From contig OX638375.1 in the NCBI GenBank assembly GCA_951813575.1, positions 3,882,752 to 3,946,751 on the forward strand: a stretch of DNA of 64,000 nucleotides. Direction: 5' to 3'. Shown here one piece after another: positions 9,716 to 19,768 of the stretch; positions within the stretch are counted from its first letter, which is position 1; each line of letters opens with the position of its first letter. The stretch comes from Candidatus Binatia bacterium. Its GTDB lineage: Bacteria; Desulfobacterota; Binatia; UBA9968; JAJDTQ01. Both the position numbers and the translations under genes were made by a program. The notes beneath the pieces are model-generated. The model was not told where the DNA came from, made no database searches, and saw nothing but the letters and a program-made list of their open reading frames with translations.

Positions 9716-11203
9716 GTGCCTAACGAGGAAAAGGCTCCCATAGGCCAGGCTTGGCTCAGGCGAGAGATGGCTTTGGCGGTGCCGCCCCCGGCAACGGAGA
9801 GCTACGTCGTCGCCAGTGCCCGGCGAACCGAGGTGCACGGGCCGCGGACCATCGAGTTGTATCCCCGATCCTATGCCACGGATGGGTCCTTGGCGGCTCA
9901 CGTCCGATTTGCACTGCGTCATGAACCCGTGGACCTCGGCGTTCTAGTCGCGGCTCTCAAGGCCGCTGAACCCTCCGAGTTGGAAGCCTGGGTGCGGTCA
10001 GAGCCTACGGGGGCCTTCAGCCGCCGGGCGTGGTTTTTCTACGAGTCCTTTACAGGGAGAACGCTGGATGTCGAGGACGTCCGCACCGGCAATTACGTGG
10101 CGGCGCTCAATCCCGGCAAGCACATCGTTGCCGAAAGACGCAATTCTCCGCGCCACCGGGTAGCCGACAACCTGCTCGGCGGACCCGCTCTCTGCCCGAC
10201 CGTGCGGCGCACGCCGCGACTGATGGAGCAGATGGGTGTACGGCTGGACCAGGAAGCGCGGACGCTCCTCGAGAGCTATGACCCGCTGCTCCTCGCCCGC
10301 GCCGTGCACTATCTCTACACGAAAGAAACGCGTTCCTCATTCGCCATCGAGGGCGAGACACCGAGCGCGAAGCGCACCGAGCGGTTTGTCGCTGCCCTGA
10401 AAGCGGCGGCGGACTTTGATCCGAGCGACAAGATGGCATTGATCCGCCTCCAGGGAGACATTGTCGATCCGCGCTACGCGTCCGCGGATTGGCGCGATTC
10501 CCAGAACTTCATCGGCACCACTGTCCAAGGGTATCGCGAAGAGGTCCTTTTCATTTGCCCGCGGCCTGAAGATGTGCCCAGCCTCATGGCTGCCTGGATG
10601 GCGTCGACGCGGCGCATCTTGGGCGGCGGAGTCGAGCCCGTCGTCGCGGCGGCGGTCTGTGCTTTCGCCTTCGTCTTCATCCACCCCTTCGAGGACGGCA
10701 ACGGGCGCATCCACCGATTCCTGATTCACCACGTCCTTGCGAAATCCGGGTATGGCCCGCCCGACCTCATCTTTCCCGTTTCCGCTGCCATATTGCGTGA
10801 CCGCGGTAGCTACGACGAGGTGCTCGAAGGCTTTTCGCGGCCGATTTCCGAATTTGTCCAATGGAGATGGGCGGGAGACGGAGGGATCGTCGTCGAGAAC
10901 GACACCCGCGACCTCTACCGTTACTTCGACGCGACGGCGTTTGTCGAATACCTCTACGATCGCGTGGCCGACACGGTTCGCCGGGACCTCAAGGAAGAGC
11001 TTGGGTTCATTGCCACCTTCGACAGGGCGTTTGAAGCGGCGCGCGCCATTGTCGACATGCCGGATCGCCGCGCATCGCTGTTCGTGCGACTGTGCATGCA
11101 GAATGGCGGACGCCTCTCGGCTACCAAGCGCGGGCAATTCACGGAACTGGATGACTCGGAGATCGCTGCAATGGAAGCGGCGATCCAGGACGCCATCCGC
11201 TAA
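9716..11203 (+). CDS. Fic family protein
   Basis: Canonical HPFEDGNGRIHR motif plus an upstream SFAIEG (S/T)xxxE(G/N) inhibitory motif; GTG start. Confidence 0.9.
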   Translation: MPNEEKAPIGQAWLRREMALAVPPPATESYVVASARRTEVHGPRTIELYPRSYATDGSLAAHVRFALRHEPVDLGVLVAALKAAEPSELEAWVRSEPTGAFSRRAWFFYESFTGRTLDVEDVRTGNYVAALNPGKHIVAERRNSPRHRVADNLLGGPALCPTVRRTPRLMEQMGVRLDQEARTLLESYDPLLLARAVHYLYTKETRSSFAIEGETPSAKRTERFVAALKAAADFDPSDKMALIRLQGDIVDPRYASADWRDSQNFIGTTVQGYREEVLFICPRPEDVPSLMAAWMASTRRILGGGVEPVVAAAVCAFAFVFIHPFEDGNGRIHRFLIHHVLAKSGYGPPDLIFPVSAAILRDRGSYDEVLEGFSRPISEFVQWRWAGDGGIVVENDTRDLYRYFDATAFVEYLYDRVADTVRRDLKEELGFIATFDRAFEAARAIVDMPDRRASLFVRLCMQNGGRLSATKRGQFTELDDSEIAAMEAAIQDAIR

Positions 11204-11317
11204 GTCCTGCGCGCGCACCCTCTTCGCGCCCCAGTGTTGACAACCTGCCCCCGCTCAAAATATGGATAGCGCAGTTCTTCGCAATGAAGAGGGCCGCAGC
11301 GACTCTGGAGGGTAACG

Positions 11318-12445
11318 ATGATGAGAGTTCTTTCCGGGCGATTCGACAGGGGTCTTCTCTTGCGGCGCGCCGCCGTCGTGGCATTGGCGGCCGGTGTGGT
11401 GCTGGCCTCAATCGGCGGGATGGCGGGATTGGCGGCCGCTCAGACGGGCGGCGACGCGCTCAAGCAACTGGTCGCCGCCGCCCAGGGCGAGGGGGAGCTC
11501 AACGTCTTCGGTTCGGGGGACTGGAACTCGCCGAAGCTCATGGCGGCTCTCGAGAAGGGGCTCAACAAGACTTACGGCGTCAACGTCCGGCTCAAGACGA
11601 CCCCCGGTCCCAGCGCGTCGAAGCTGATGCCGCGGATCATCGACGAGGCCAAGACCGGCCGTCCCGCCAGTAGCGACATCTTCTTCGCTCCCTCGCGCCA
11701 GCAGATCCCGTCGGATCAGGCCGGCGCCCTCTTGCGGGTGGACTGGAAGAAGCTGATGCCCGGGCTCAAGGACGAGGAGGTCGGCATCAACGGAGCCGCC
11801 GTCGTCATCGGCGCCTCCATCCACATCATCGGCTACAACACCAACCTGGTGAAGGCCAAGGACCTGCCGAAATCCTACAAGGACTTCACCGACCCCAAGT
11901 ACAAGGGCAAGATCGGCACCACCGTCTTTGCCGTCGGGTGGGTCGAGGCGGCGATCCATTTGGGTGAGGAAGAGGCCACTCGCATCGTCGATGCCATGGT
12001 CGCCAACGGCACCATCATCGGCACCACCCGCACGGGGGTCCAGAACCGCGTGGCCACGGGCGAGTTCCCGATATTCGCCTTCGACACCAAGCCGGTGGCC
12101 TACTCGCGGCTCAAGGCCAAGGGGGCGCCGGTGGACTTCACCACCATGGACGATTTCATGTCGGGCACCGCCAGCGAGGTCAGCGTGCCCAAGACCAGCG
12201 CGCATCCGAATCTGGCCAAGCTCCTGTCCGTCTACATGCTGACGAAGCAGGGCCAGGACACCATCTGGAAGGTCATCGGACGCGATTCACCGTTTCGCGA
12301 GGGCTCCCAGCTCAACAAGCTGGTGGAGAGCAAGCGCGCCGCCGGCGCCAAGATCTACTTCGGCACCGATCAGAACGTGGTGAAGAACGCGTACTTCTAC
12401 CGGAAGGTTTCCCGGAAGCTCGCCAAGAAACTGCGCGGGAACTAG
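11318..12445 (+). CDS. ABC transporter substrate-binding protein (Fe3+/thiamine/polyamine-like cluster)
   Basis: Signal peptide, EGELNVFG, GYNTNLVKAKDLPKSY and SAHPNLAKL motifs. Confidence 0.8.
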   Translation: MMRVLSGRFDRGLLLRRAAVVALAAGVVLASIGGMAGLAAAQTGGDALKQLVAAAQGEGELNVFGSGDWNSPKLMAALEKGLNKTYGVNVRLKTTPGPSASKLMPRIIDEAKTGRPASSDIFFAPSRQQIPSDQAGALLRVDWKKLMPGLKDEEVGINGAAVVIGASIHIIGYNTNLVKAKDLPKSYKDFTDPKYKGKIGTTVFAVGWVEAAIHLGEEEATRIVDAMVANGTIIGTTRTGVQNRVATGEFPIFAFDTKPVAYSRLKAKGAPVDFTTMDDFMSGTASEVSVPKTSAHPNLAKLLSVYMLTKQGQDTIWKVIGRDSPFREGSQLNKLVESKRAAGAKIYFGTDQNVVKNAYFYRKVSRKLAKKLRGN

Positions 12446-12455
12446 TGTCCTGAGC

Positions 12456-14594
12456 GTGAGCGATTCCTACATCGTCGGCGTCGACATCGGCGGGACCTTC
12501 ACCGATTGCGTCGCGGTCAGCGGCGAGGGGACCATGACCCTGGGCAAGGCTTCCTCGACGCCGGACAATTTCGCCCTGGGCGTGCTCGACGCGGTGCGGG
12601 ACGCGGCGCACCATCTCGGGATGGCGGACGAGCGCGGGCTGCTGAGCGCCACCCGGCTCTTCTACCACGCCTGCACCATCGGCGATAACACGCTGATCAC
12701 CCGGAGCGGCGCGCGCACCGGCCTCATCGCCACCGCCGGGTTCGGCGACACCATCCTGATGATGCGCGGCGGCGTGGTGGCCGGACTGCCCGAGGCCGAG
12801 GCCCACCACATGGCGGCGCTCACCAAGCCCGAACCCCTGGTCCCCAAGCGTTTCATCGCCGAGGTCAACGAGCGGGTCGATTTCGAAGGGGAGGTGCTGG
12901 CGGACCTGGACGAGGCGGAAGCCGAGCGGGCGATCCGAAAACTCGTGGACAATGGCGTCGAGTCGGTGGCGGTTTCGCTCCTGTGGTCTATCGCCAACGA
13001 CCGCCACGAACGAGTGATCGGCGAGCTCCTGCGCCGGCGGTACCCGGACCTTTTCGTAACCCTCTCCAGCGAGGCGGCTTCCTTCCAGGGGGAATACGAA
13101 CGTACCGCCACGACGGTCTTCAACGCCTACATCGGCCCGCGGATCGGCTCCTACCTCAACGACCTGCGGGTGATCCTGGCGGACCGGGGCCTGCGGCGCG
13201 AGCCGTTGATCATGCAGGCCTACGGCGGGGTCCTGGGCGTGGACGACTCGGTGCGCAAGGCGGTGGGAACCATCGAGTCCGGCCCGGCGGCCGGGGTCGC
13301 CGCCTGCCGCTTCATGGGGAGCCTGAGCGGCATCGACAACATCGTGGCCGCGGACATGGGCGGCACCACCTTCAAGGTCGGCATCATCCGCGATGCCGCC
13401 GTCGAGCGGGACTACCAGCCGATCTTCCTTCGCTACCGGTTGCTGTCGCCCAAGATCTGGGTGGAATCCATCGGCGCCGGCGGCGGCAGCATCGCCTGGA
13501 TCGAGGAAGGCACCGGTCTTTTGAAGGTCGGCCCCCGGGGCGCCGGGGCCACGCCCGGGCCGGTGTGCTACAACCGCGGCGGCACCGAGCCCACGGTCAC
13601 CGACGCGAGCCTGGTCCTGGGGTACCTGAACCCCGGGTATTTCCTGGGCGGGCAGATCGTCCTGGACGTGGAAGCCGCCCGGCGGGCGGTGGAGGAGAGG
13701 GTGGCCGGGCCCCTGGGCATGAGCGTCACCGAGGCGGCCGGCGCCATCCACCGCATCGTCAACGCCCAGATGAGCGACCTTATCCGCAACGCCACCATCC
13801 AGCGCGGCCACGACCCGCGAGGCGATACCATGTTCGCCTTCGGCGGCGCCTGTCCGGTGCACGCCGGCCGGTTCGCGGCCGAGCTCGGGATCGAGCAGGT
13901 GGTGATCCCGGTCACGGCGTCGGTTCACGGCGCGGTGGGTCTGGTGTCCTCGGACGTGGTGTACGAGGAAGGGGTCTCCGACCGCACCCTGGTGCCGGTG
14001 CCCGCCGACCGGGTCAACGCATCCTTCTCGCCGATCCTGTCCAAGGTCCGCGACAGCCTGGAGAACGCGGGTTTCGGCGCCCGGGACATCACCCTCGCGC
14101 GCAGCGTGGACATGCGCTACCGCTACCAGGTCCACGAGATCAACGTGCCGATTCCACCGGGTGAGGCGGCCTTGACCGAGGAGGATCTCGAGGGCGTCTA
14201 CGCCCGGTTCGACCGGCTCTACGAGGCGGCCTACGGCAAGGGCTCGGCCTACCGGGCGGCCGGCAAGGAGATCGTCACCCTGCGGGTTACCGGGTCCGGG
14301 GCGATGCCCAAGCCGGCCCTGCGGCCCCTGGAGGAAGGCGGCGAGGCCGCGGCGGCCCGAAAGGGCGAGCGGCCGGTCTACTTCGAGGAGTTCGGCGACT
14401 ACGTGCCCACCGTGTTGTACGACATCGCCAGGATGCGGCCAGGCATGGTCATCGCCGAGCCCGGCGTCATCGAGACGCCGATCACGACGATCCTGATCAA
14501 CCCGGGCGACCGGGCGGTGATGGACGACATCGGCAACATCCGAATCACGGTCGGGTCGCAGGCGACTCTTTCCAGGGGAGAGAACCATGGCTGA
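12456..14594 (+). CDS. Hydantoinase A / oxoprolinase / acetone carboxylase beta-like ATP-binding subunit
   Basis: VGVDIGGTFTD, SGPAAGV, DMGGTTF, GAGGGSIA and PTVTDA motifs. Confidence 0.9.
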   Translation: MSDSYIVGVDIGGTFTDCVAVSGEGTMTLGKASSTPDNFALGVLDAVRDAAHHLGMADERGLLSATRLFYHACTIGDNTLITRSGARTGLIATAGFGDTILMMRGGVVAGLPEAEAHHMAALTKPEPLVPKRFIAEVNERVDFEGEVLADLDEAEAERAIRKLVDNGVESVAVSLLWSIANDRHERVIGELLRRRYPDLFVTLSSEAASFQGEYERTATTVFNAYIGPRIGSYLNDLRVILADRGLRREPLIMQAYGGVLGVDDSVRKAVGTIESGPAAGVAACRFMGSLSGIDNIVAADMGGTTFKVGIIRDAAVERDYQPIFLRYRLLSPKIWVESIGAGGGSIAWIEEGTGLLKVGPRGAGATPGPVCYNRGGTEPTVTDASLVLGYLNPGYFLGGQIVLDVEAARRAVEERVAGPLGMSVTEAAGAIHRIVNAQMSDLIRNATIQRGHDPRGDTMFAFGGACPVHAGRFAAELGIEQVVIPVTASVHGAVGLVSSDVVYEEGVSDRTLVPVPADRVNASFSPILSKVRDSLENAGFGARDITLARSVDMRYRYQVHEINVPIPPGEAALTEEDLEGVYARFDRLYEAAYGKGSAYRAAGKEIVTLRVTGSGAMPKPALRPLEEGGEAAAARKGERPVYFEEFGDYVPTVLYDIARMRPGMVIAEPGVIETPITTILINPGDRAVMDDIGNIRITVGSQATLSRGENHG

Positions 14595-16425
14595 CAACGG
14601 TCGGACCGTGGATCCGGTGACCTTCGAGATCCTCTCGCACCGGCTCCAGCGCATCGCCAAGGAGATGGGCACGACCATCGAGCGCGTCGGGGGAACGGTC
14701 AACACTACCCAGATGCACGACTACATGGCCTCGCTTTACCGTGCCGACGGCGAGATCCTTGCCACCGGCGAGTCCATGCCCTGGCACGTGGCCTGCGCCG
14801 GGTTCACGGTCAAGTGGATCATCGAGCGCTTCGCCGAGTATGACGGGGTGAACGAGGACGACGTCTTCCTGTTGAACGATCCCTACGTCTCGGCGGTGCA
14901 CCAGTCGGACGTCTACGTCGTTTCCCCCATCCACGTGGAGGGGCGCCTGATCGGCTGGAGCGCGTCGTTCGTCCACGTGATGGACATCGGTGCCATGTCG
15001 CCGGGCGGCGATTCTCCCGAGGCCAAGGAGATCTGCCACGAGGGCCTGCGCATTCCGGGCATCAAGCTGGTGGACCGGGGCAATCTCCGCAAGGACGTGT
15101 TCGACACCCTGATCAACATGACCCGGCGCCCCGACATGGTGGCCCTCGACATCAACTGCCAACTGGCCGGCCACAGCGTGGCCAAGTCGCGCATGCGGCA
15201 GTTCTACACCCTCCACGGCGTCGACCTCATGGACGCCGTGGCCGCCCAGATGATCGACTACTCCGAGCGGGCCCTGCGCAAACGGCTGGAGGACATCCCG
15301 GACGGTGAGTGGAGCGACAGCGCCGCCATCGAGTCCAGGGAGGGCTCGTGGACCGTGAGGCTGACGCTGAGGAAGCAGGGCAGCCGCATGGTGTTCGACT
15401 TCACCGGCACCGACCCTCAGGCGCCCGTCGGCGTCAATTTGCCCTACCACGCCACCTTCGGCACCTGCTTCGAAGGCCTCGTGGAGACCGTGGCCTATGA
15501 TTTTCCCCGCAACCACGGGCTGTTCCGGCCCATCGAGACCATCGCTCCGCCGGGCACCCTGGTCAACGTCACCCATCCGGCGCCGGTTTCCCTCAACACC
15601 ACCTCGGGGGGCGCCACCGCCAAGTACCTCGTGGTCTCGGTGCTGAACGGCATGCTGGCGGGCAGCCAGGCGTGGCGCGACGAGATCATGGTGCGCATCT
15701 GGGGCGGGCGCCGGGTGCGGACCTCGGGGGTCAACCAGCACGGCATGTTCTATTCGACGAGTCTGGCCATGTCGCCGCTGAGCGGCAGCGGCGCCCGGGC
15801 CACCATGGACGGGGTCGACACCACCAAGCTCGACTTCATGACCTGTCCCAACGTGGAGTGGCTGGAGGCCAACTGCCCGATGCTGTTCCTGTTCCGGCGC
15901 CACGCCAGGGACCAGCAGGGGGCCGGCCGGTTCCGCGGCGGCACCGGCGCGGAGATGGCGTTCTCGGTGCACAAGGCGCCCGACGGCAAGATCGAGGGCG
16001 TGGCCTTCGGCGTGGCCGGCCTCGTCAACGGCGGCCGCGGTATTTTCGGGGGCTACCCGGGGGCGCCGAGCATTCTGGTGCACCTGGGAGGGACCACGCT
16101 GGGTGAGATGCTGGGCGCGGACCGGGTGCCGCAGGCCCTCGACGAACTCGGCGGTACGCCGCGGGTGCTGCCCTACGCGAGCTTCGAGCTCAGGCGGGAC
16201 GACGTCCTCTACTACACCCTCGGCATGGGCGGGGGCTACGGCTGTCCGCTGGACCGGGACCCGGCGGCCGTGTTGAAGGACGTGGAGGACGAGCTGGTGT
16301 CGGCGGAGACCGCCCGCGGCGTCTACGGCGTGGTCGTCGATTCGGATTCCCTCACCGTGGACGTTCAGGCCACCAGCGACCTCCGGCGGCAGCGTCTGCT
16401 GGAGAACCGGGGAGGGAGACCGTGA
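14587..16425 (+). CDS. Hydantoinase B / oxoprolinase / acetone carboxylase alpha-like subunit
   Basis: DPVTFEILSHRL, NDPY..VHQSD, HVMDIG, EGLRIP, GAGRFRGG and GGGYGCPLDRD motifs. Confidence 0.9.
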   Translation: MADNGRTVDPVTFEILSHRLQRIAKEMGTTIERVGGTVNTTQMHDYMASLYRADGEILATGESMPWHVACAGFTVKWIIERFAEYDGVNEDDVFLLNDPYVSAVHQSDVYVVSPIHVEGRLIGWSASFVHVMDIGAMSPGGDSPEAKEICHEGLRIPGIKLVDRGNLRKDVFDTLINMTRRPDMVALDINCQLAGHSVAKSRMRQFYTLHGVDLMDAVAAQMIDYSERALRKRLEDIPDGEWSDSAAIESREGSWTVRLTLRKQGSRMVFDFTGTDPQAPVGVNLPYHATFGTCFEGLVETVAYDFPRNHGLFRPIETIAPPGTLVNVTHPAPVSLNTTSGGATAKYLVVSVLNGMLAGSQAWRDEIMVRIWGGRRVRTSGVNQHGMFYSTSLAMSPLSGSGARATMDGVDTTKLDFMTCPNVEWLEANCPMLFLFRRHARDQQGAGRFRGGTGAEMAFSVHKAPDGKIEGVAFGVAGLVNGGRGIFGGYPGAPSILVHLGGTTLGEMLGADRVPQALDELGGTPRVLPYASFELRRDDVLYYTLGMGGGYGCPLDRDPAAVLKDVEDELVSAETARGVYGVVVDSDSLTVDVQATSDLRRQRLLENRGGRP

Positions 16426-17231
16426 ACCGGCCGCTGCGGGAGAATCTCGAGGTGGTGGAGGAGCAGGGCGGCGAATGGGTCCGGTGCGCCGCCTGCGGCC
16501 ACCGGCTCTGCGGTGCCGGCGAGGACTGGCGCGAGGCCTGCGTGAAGCGGCTGCTGCCGCCCGGCCGCATGGGGCCGTTCCACGAGATCATGGAAGGCCG
16601 CGCCTTGCTCGATGAACGCTATTGCCCCGGCTGCGGCGTGTCGCTGGATGCGACGGTGATCGTGGACGAGGAACGGCCGGCGCAGCGCGTCGCGCCGAAC
16701 CGGGTGACGGGGGAACCACTGGTCCTGGATGCGGGGAGCGCCGCGGTGGTGGTGCTCGACCTCAACACCAAGGCCGAGGACGCCTCCCAGCCGGCTCAAC
16801 CCCTGATACGTCCGGCCGGCGTCTTCCTCGACAAGGCCCGGGCGGCCGCGGTGCCGGTGGTCTTCACCGTGGTGGTGTGGGAGAAGGACACGCCGGCCGG
16901 CGCGGTGGCCGGAGCCCTGGCCCGCCGAGACAACGAACCGGTCCTGTATCCCAACGGCTACGACAAGTTCCTCGGCGGCGACCTGCGGGAACTGCTGGAA
17001 GGTTGGGGGACGGACACGCTGGTGTTCCTGGGCGGCGCGGCGAACTTCGCATTGCTCTACACCGCCACCACGGCCGCGCGCGCCTACGGCTACACGGTGG
17101 TGGTGCCCCTCGACGGGGTCTACGCCCATTCCGACTATGAGATGGAGTACACGCTGCACCAGTTCACGGTCCTGCCCCGGGTCAACCACCGGTTCCGCTT
17201 CTCCAGGCTCGCGGCCATTGATTTCCGCTGA
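16422..17231 (+). CDS. Acetone carboxylase gamma-like zinc ribbon fused to an isochorismatase-like domain
   Basis: N-terminal CAACGHRLC...YCPGCG. C-terminal VVVLDLN, FTV and DTLVFLGGAANFALLYTATTAARAYGYTVVVPLD. Confidence 0.65.
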   Translation: MNRPLRENLEVVEEQGGEWVRCAACGHRLCGAGEDWREACVKRLLPPGRMGPFHEIMEGRALLDERYCPGCGVSLDATVIVDEERPAQRVAPNRVTGEPLVLDAGSAAVVVLDLNTKAEDASQPAQPLIRPAGVFLDKARAAAVPVVFTVVVWEKDTPAGAVAGALARRDNEPVLYPNGYDKFLGGDLRELLEGWGTDTLVFLGGAANFALLYTATTAARAYGYTVVVPLDGVYAHSDYEMEYTLHQFTVLPRVNHRFRFSRLAAIDFR

Positions 17232-17261
17232 ACGCCTGGCCGCGGGCGGGGAGGGCGCCGG

Positions 17262-18971
17262 GTGAGGTGGCGGCGACTCTGGATGGGCACGCCGCCCTTC
17301 GTCGCCGTGAGCCTGACGGCCCTCGCCGTCATCGCCTTGCTGCTGGCGGTGGTCGTCCAGGTGGCGTTTCTCGAGGACGGCCGCATCGCCGGGGGTGTCT
17401 GGACCCTCGACAACTTCCACGAGATTTTCCGCGACGACTCGGCGTTCCGGGCGGCGCTCAACACGTTCTGGTTTACCCTCGTCGTCGTGGTCACCTCGCT
17501 GGCGCTGGCGGTGCCGGTGGCTTTCCTGGTGGAGCGCACCGACCTGCCCGGGCGCGGCTGGGTGGTGTCGCTGCTCACCATGACCCTCGCCGTGCCGGCC
17601 TTCTTCCCGGCCATGGGCTGGCAGTTCCTGCTTCATCCCCGGATCGGCGTGGTGAACCGGTGGCTGATGGACTTCCTCAACCTCGATGCGGCGCCGTTCA
17701 ACATCGGAACCGTGCCGGGGATGGGTTTCGTGCAGGGTCTCAACTTCGTGGGCCTTGCCTTCATCATGATCGCCCCGGCCTTCCGCAACATGGACCCGGC
17801 CCTCGAGGAGAGCGCCCAGGTTCACGGCGCCCGGTTCCGGGATCGCCTCTGGTGCGTGACGTTGCCGCTCATGTGGCCGAGCATCCTGGCGGCCGGCCTC
17901 TATGTCATGGCGCTGGGAATCACGACCTTCGACGTGCCGGCGTTCCTCGGCATGAGCAACCGCACCTACACCCTGAGCACGTTTCTCTACGTCCGGGCGC
18001 AGCCCCTCGACGCACCGCCGGACTACGGCATCGTGGGCGCCATCAGCGTGTTCATGATGGCGCTGGCGCTGCTCGTGAGCTGGTGGTACCTGCGCACCAT
18101 CCGGCGCGGCGAACGTTACCAGGTGATCTCGGGCAAGGCCTACCGCCCGCGGCTCATCGAGCTGCGGCGGTGGTGGATCGCTGGATGGCTGTTCATCGGG
18201 CTGGTGATCACCCTCAATCTGCTGCTGCCGCTGCTGATGCTGGTGTGGGCGTCCCTGATCCCGTTCCTCATGGCGCCGTCGTGGCCGGCGTTGCGGATGG
18301 TGACGCTGTCGAACTTCGAGAACATCCCGTGGGAGACGTTCTGGTTCGCGCTGCGGAACTCGGCGGTGCTGACGCTGGCGGTGCCCACCCTGGCGACGCT
18401 GGTGGGGGTGGCGCTCTCCTGGAACATCATCAAGTCCAGGAGCCGTCTCTCCGGGCTGTTCGACGTCGTCTCCTTCCTGCCCCACGTGATCCCCAACATG
18501 ATCTTCGCCGTGGGCGCCCTGTTCATCGCCCTGTTCTGGCTGCCCACCTACGTTCCCTTCTACGGCACCCTCTTCATCATCCTCCTGGTGAACGTCGTCG
18601 CCCGGATCCCCTTCGCCACCCGGATGTACAACTCGTCCCTGCTACAGATGCACAAGGAGCTCGACGAGGCGGGTTACGTTTCCGGACTCGAGCCCATGAC
18701 GGTCTTCTGGCGCATCGTACGGCCGCTCCTGGGCCCGACCCTGCTCTACGCCTGGCTCTGGATGGCCCTCCTCGCCTACAGCGAGCTGACCATGGCGGCC
18801 TTGCTGGTGACCCGGGACAACACCACCTTGCCGGTCTACATCTGGGCCATCTGGGGGGACGGAGAGTTGAACCAGGCCGCGGCCGTGTCACTGGTCGCGC
18901 TGCTGCTCGTGGTTCCCCTGATCATGCTCTATTTCTTTCTCGGACGGCGCGCCGTCATGTGGCAGGGGTGA
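17262..18971 (+). CDS. ABC transporter permease, two fused halves (FbpB-like)
   Basis: VERTDLPGR and two EAA-type loops (DPALEESAQVHGA and KELDEAGYVSG). Confidence 0.9.
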   Translation: MRWRRLWMGTPPFVAVSLTALAVIALLLAVVVQVAFLEDGRIAGGVWTLDNFHEIFRDDSAFRAALNTFWFTLVVVVTSLALAVPVAFLVERTDLPGRGWVVSLLTMTLAVPAFFPAMGWQFLLHPRIGVVNRWLMDFLNLDAAPFNIGTVPGMGFVQGLNFVGLAFIMIAPAFRNMDPALEESAQVHGARFRDRLWCVTLPLMWPSILAAGLYVMALGITTFDVPAFLGMSNRTYTLSTFLYVRAQPLDAPPDYGIVGAISVFMMALALLVSWWYLRTIRRGERYQVISGKAYRPRLIELRRWWIAGWLFIGLVITLNLLLPLLMLVWASLIPFLMAPSWPALRMVTLSNFENIPWETFWFALRNSAVLTLAVPTLATLVGVALSWNIIKSRSRLSGLFDVVSFLPHVIPNMIFAVGALFIALFWLPTYVPFYGTLFIILLVNVVARIPFATRMYNSSLLQMHKELDEAGYVSGLEPMTVFWRIVRPLLGPTLLYAWLWMALLAYSELTMAALLVTRDNTTLPVYIWAIWGDGELNQAAAVSLVALLLVVPLIMLYFFLGRRAVMWQG

Positions 18972-19058
18972 CATGCCGGCCCGGCCGGTGCGTGGTGCCG
19001 CGACCTTGCGAAATGCGGAGTGAACCCGGTAGAAGACTCATTCTTGGAGGTGTGGACC

Positions 19059-19625
19059 GTGTCCGGAAATGAACGTCAAAGGCGCAGGGAAGGCATCCTT
19101 TTTCTCGTGGGGTTCGGGTTGTGCATTCCGGCCGCCAACTGGCTCATCGGCAACGTGGGCACCGTGTGTCCGCCGAATGCGCCCTGCCTGATTCCGGTGG
19201 CACCGGGGGTCATGGCCCCGAGCGGTGTCATTACCATCGGGCTGGCGTTCGTCCTCCGAGACCTCGTGCAGCGCCGCATCGGGGTCCGCTGGGCGGCGGC
19301 GGCGGTGGTGGCCGGCGCGGGTCTGTCCGCGTTCTTCGCGCCGCCCGCTCTCGTGGTTGCGTCCGGCACGGCCTATCTGTTTTCGGAGACCGCGGACCTG
19401 GCGGTGTACACGCCATTGCAACGGCGGCGACTGGTGCTCGCAGTCTTCGCCAGCAGCATCGTCGGCCTGATCGTCGACAGCATCCTGTTCCTCTATCTGG
19501 CGTTCGGGAGCCTCGATTTCCTGCTGGGGCAGGTCGTCGGGAAGGCCTGGATGGTGGTGTTCGCCTTGCCCTTTATCATGCTGCTGCGCCGGCGTGACGA
19601 GCGGCTCGGGTTGACCGCCGCTTGA
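19059..19625 (+). CDS. VUT (Vut_1/YhhQ) family transporter, putative queuosine-precursor uptake
   Basis: AFVLRDLVQ, ASGTAYLFSETADLAVY, VDSILFLYLAFG and GQVVGK motifs; GGAGG before the GTG at 19059. Confidence 0.75.
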   Translation: MSGNERQRRREGILFLVGFGLCIPAANWLIGNVGTVCPPNAPCLIPVAPGVMAPSGVITIGLAFVLRDLVQRRIGVRWAAAAVVAGAGLSAFFAPPALVVASGTAYLFSETADLAVYTPLQRRRLVLAVFASSIVGLIVDSILFLYLAFGSLDFLLGQVVGKAWMVVFALPFIMLLRRRDERLGLTAA

Positions 19626-19768
19626 GGCACCCGGCGGGGCGCCCGGGCCGCTTGCACCGTCACCGGGAATCGGCTTAGATTGCCCGCGGGATCGGCCGCC
19701 GGGCGGACCAGCGGTTTTCGGCTCGCCAAGGCCCCGCCCCGGTTCCGTTGCCGACCGCGGGATTCGTC

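Noticed and set aside
11237-11266. Sigma70 promoter at TTGACA 11237 (similar cases near 35110, 36970 and 40011)
   Set aside because: A good -35 but no convincing -10 at 16-18 nt spacing.
18972-19058. preQ1 riboswitch upstream of the VUT gene
   Set aside because: I could not see the preQ1-I stem with its A-rich tail or another recognisable motif; an Rfam scan would settle it.
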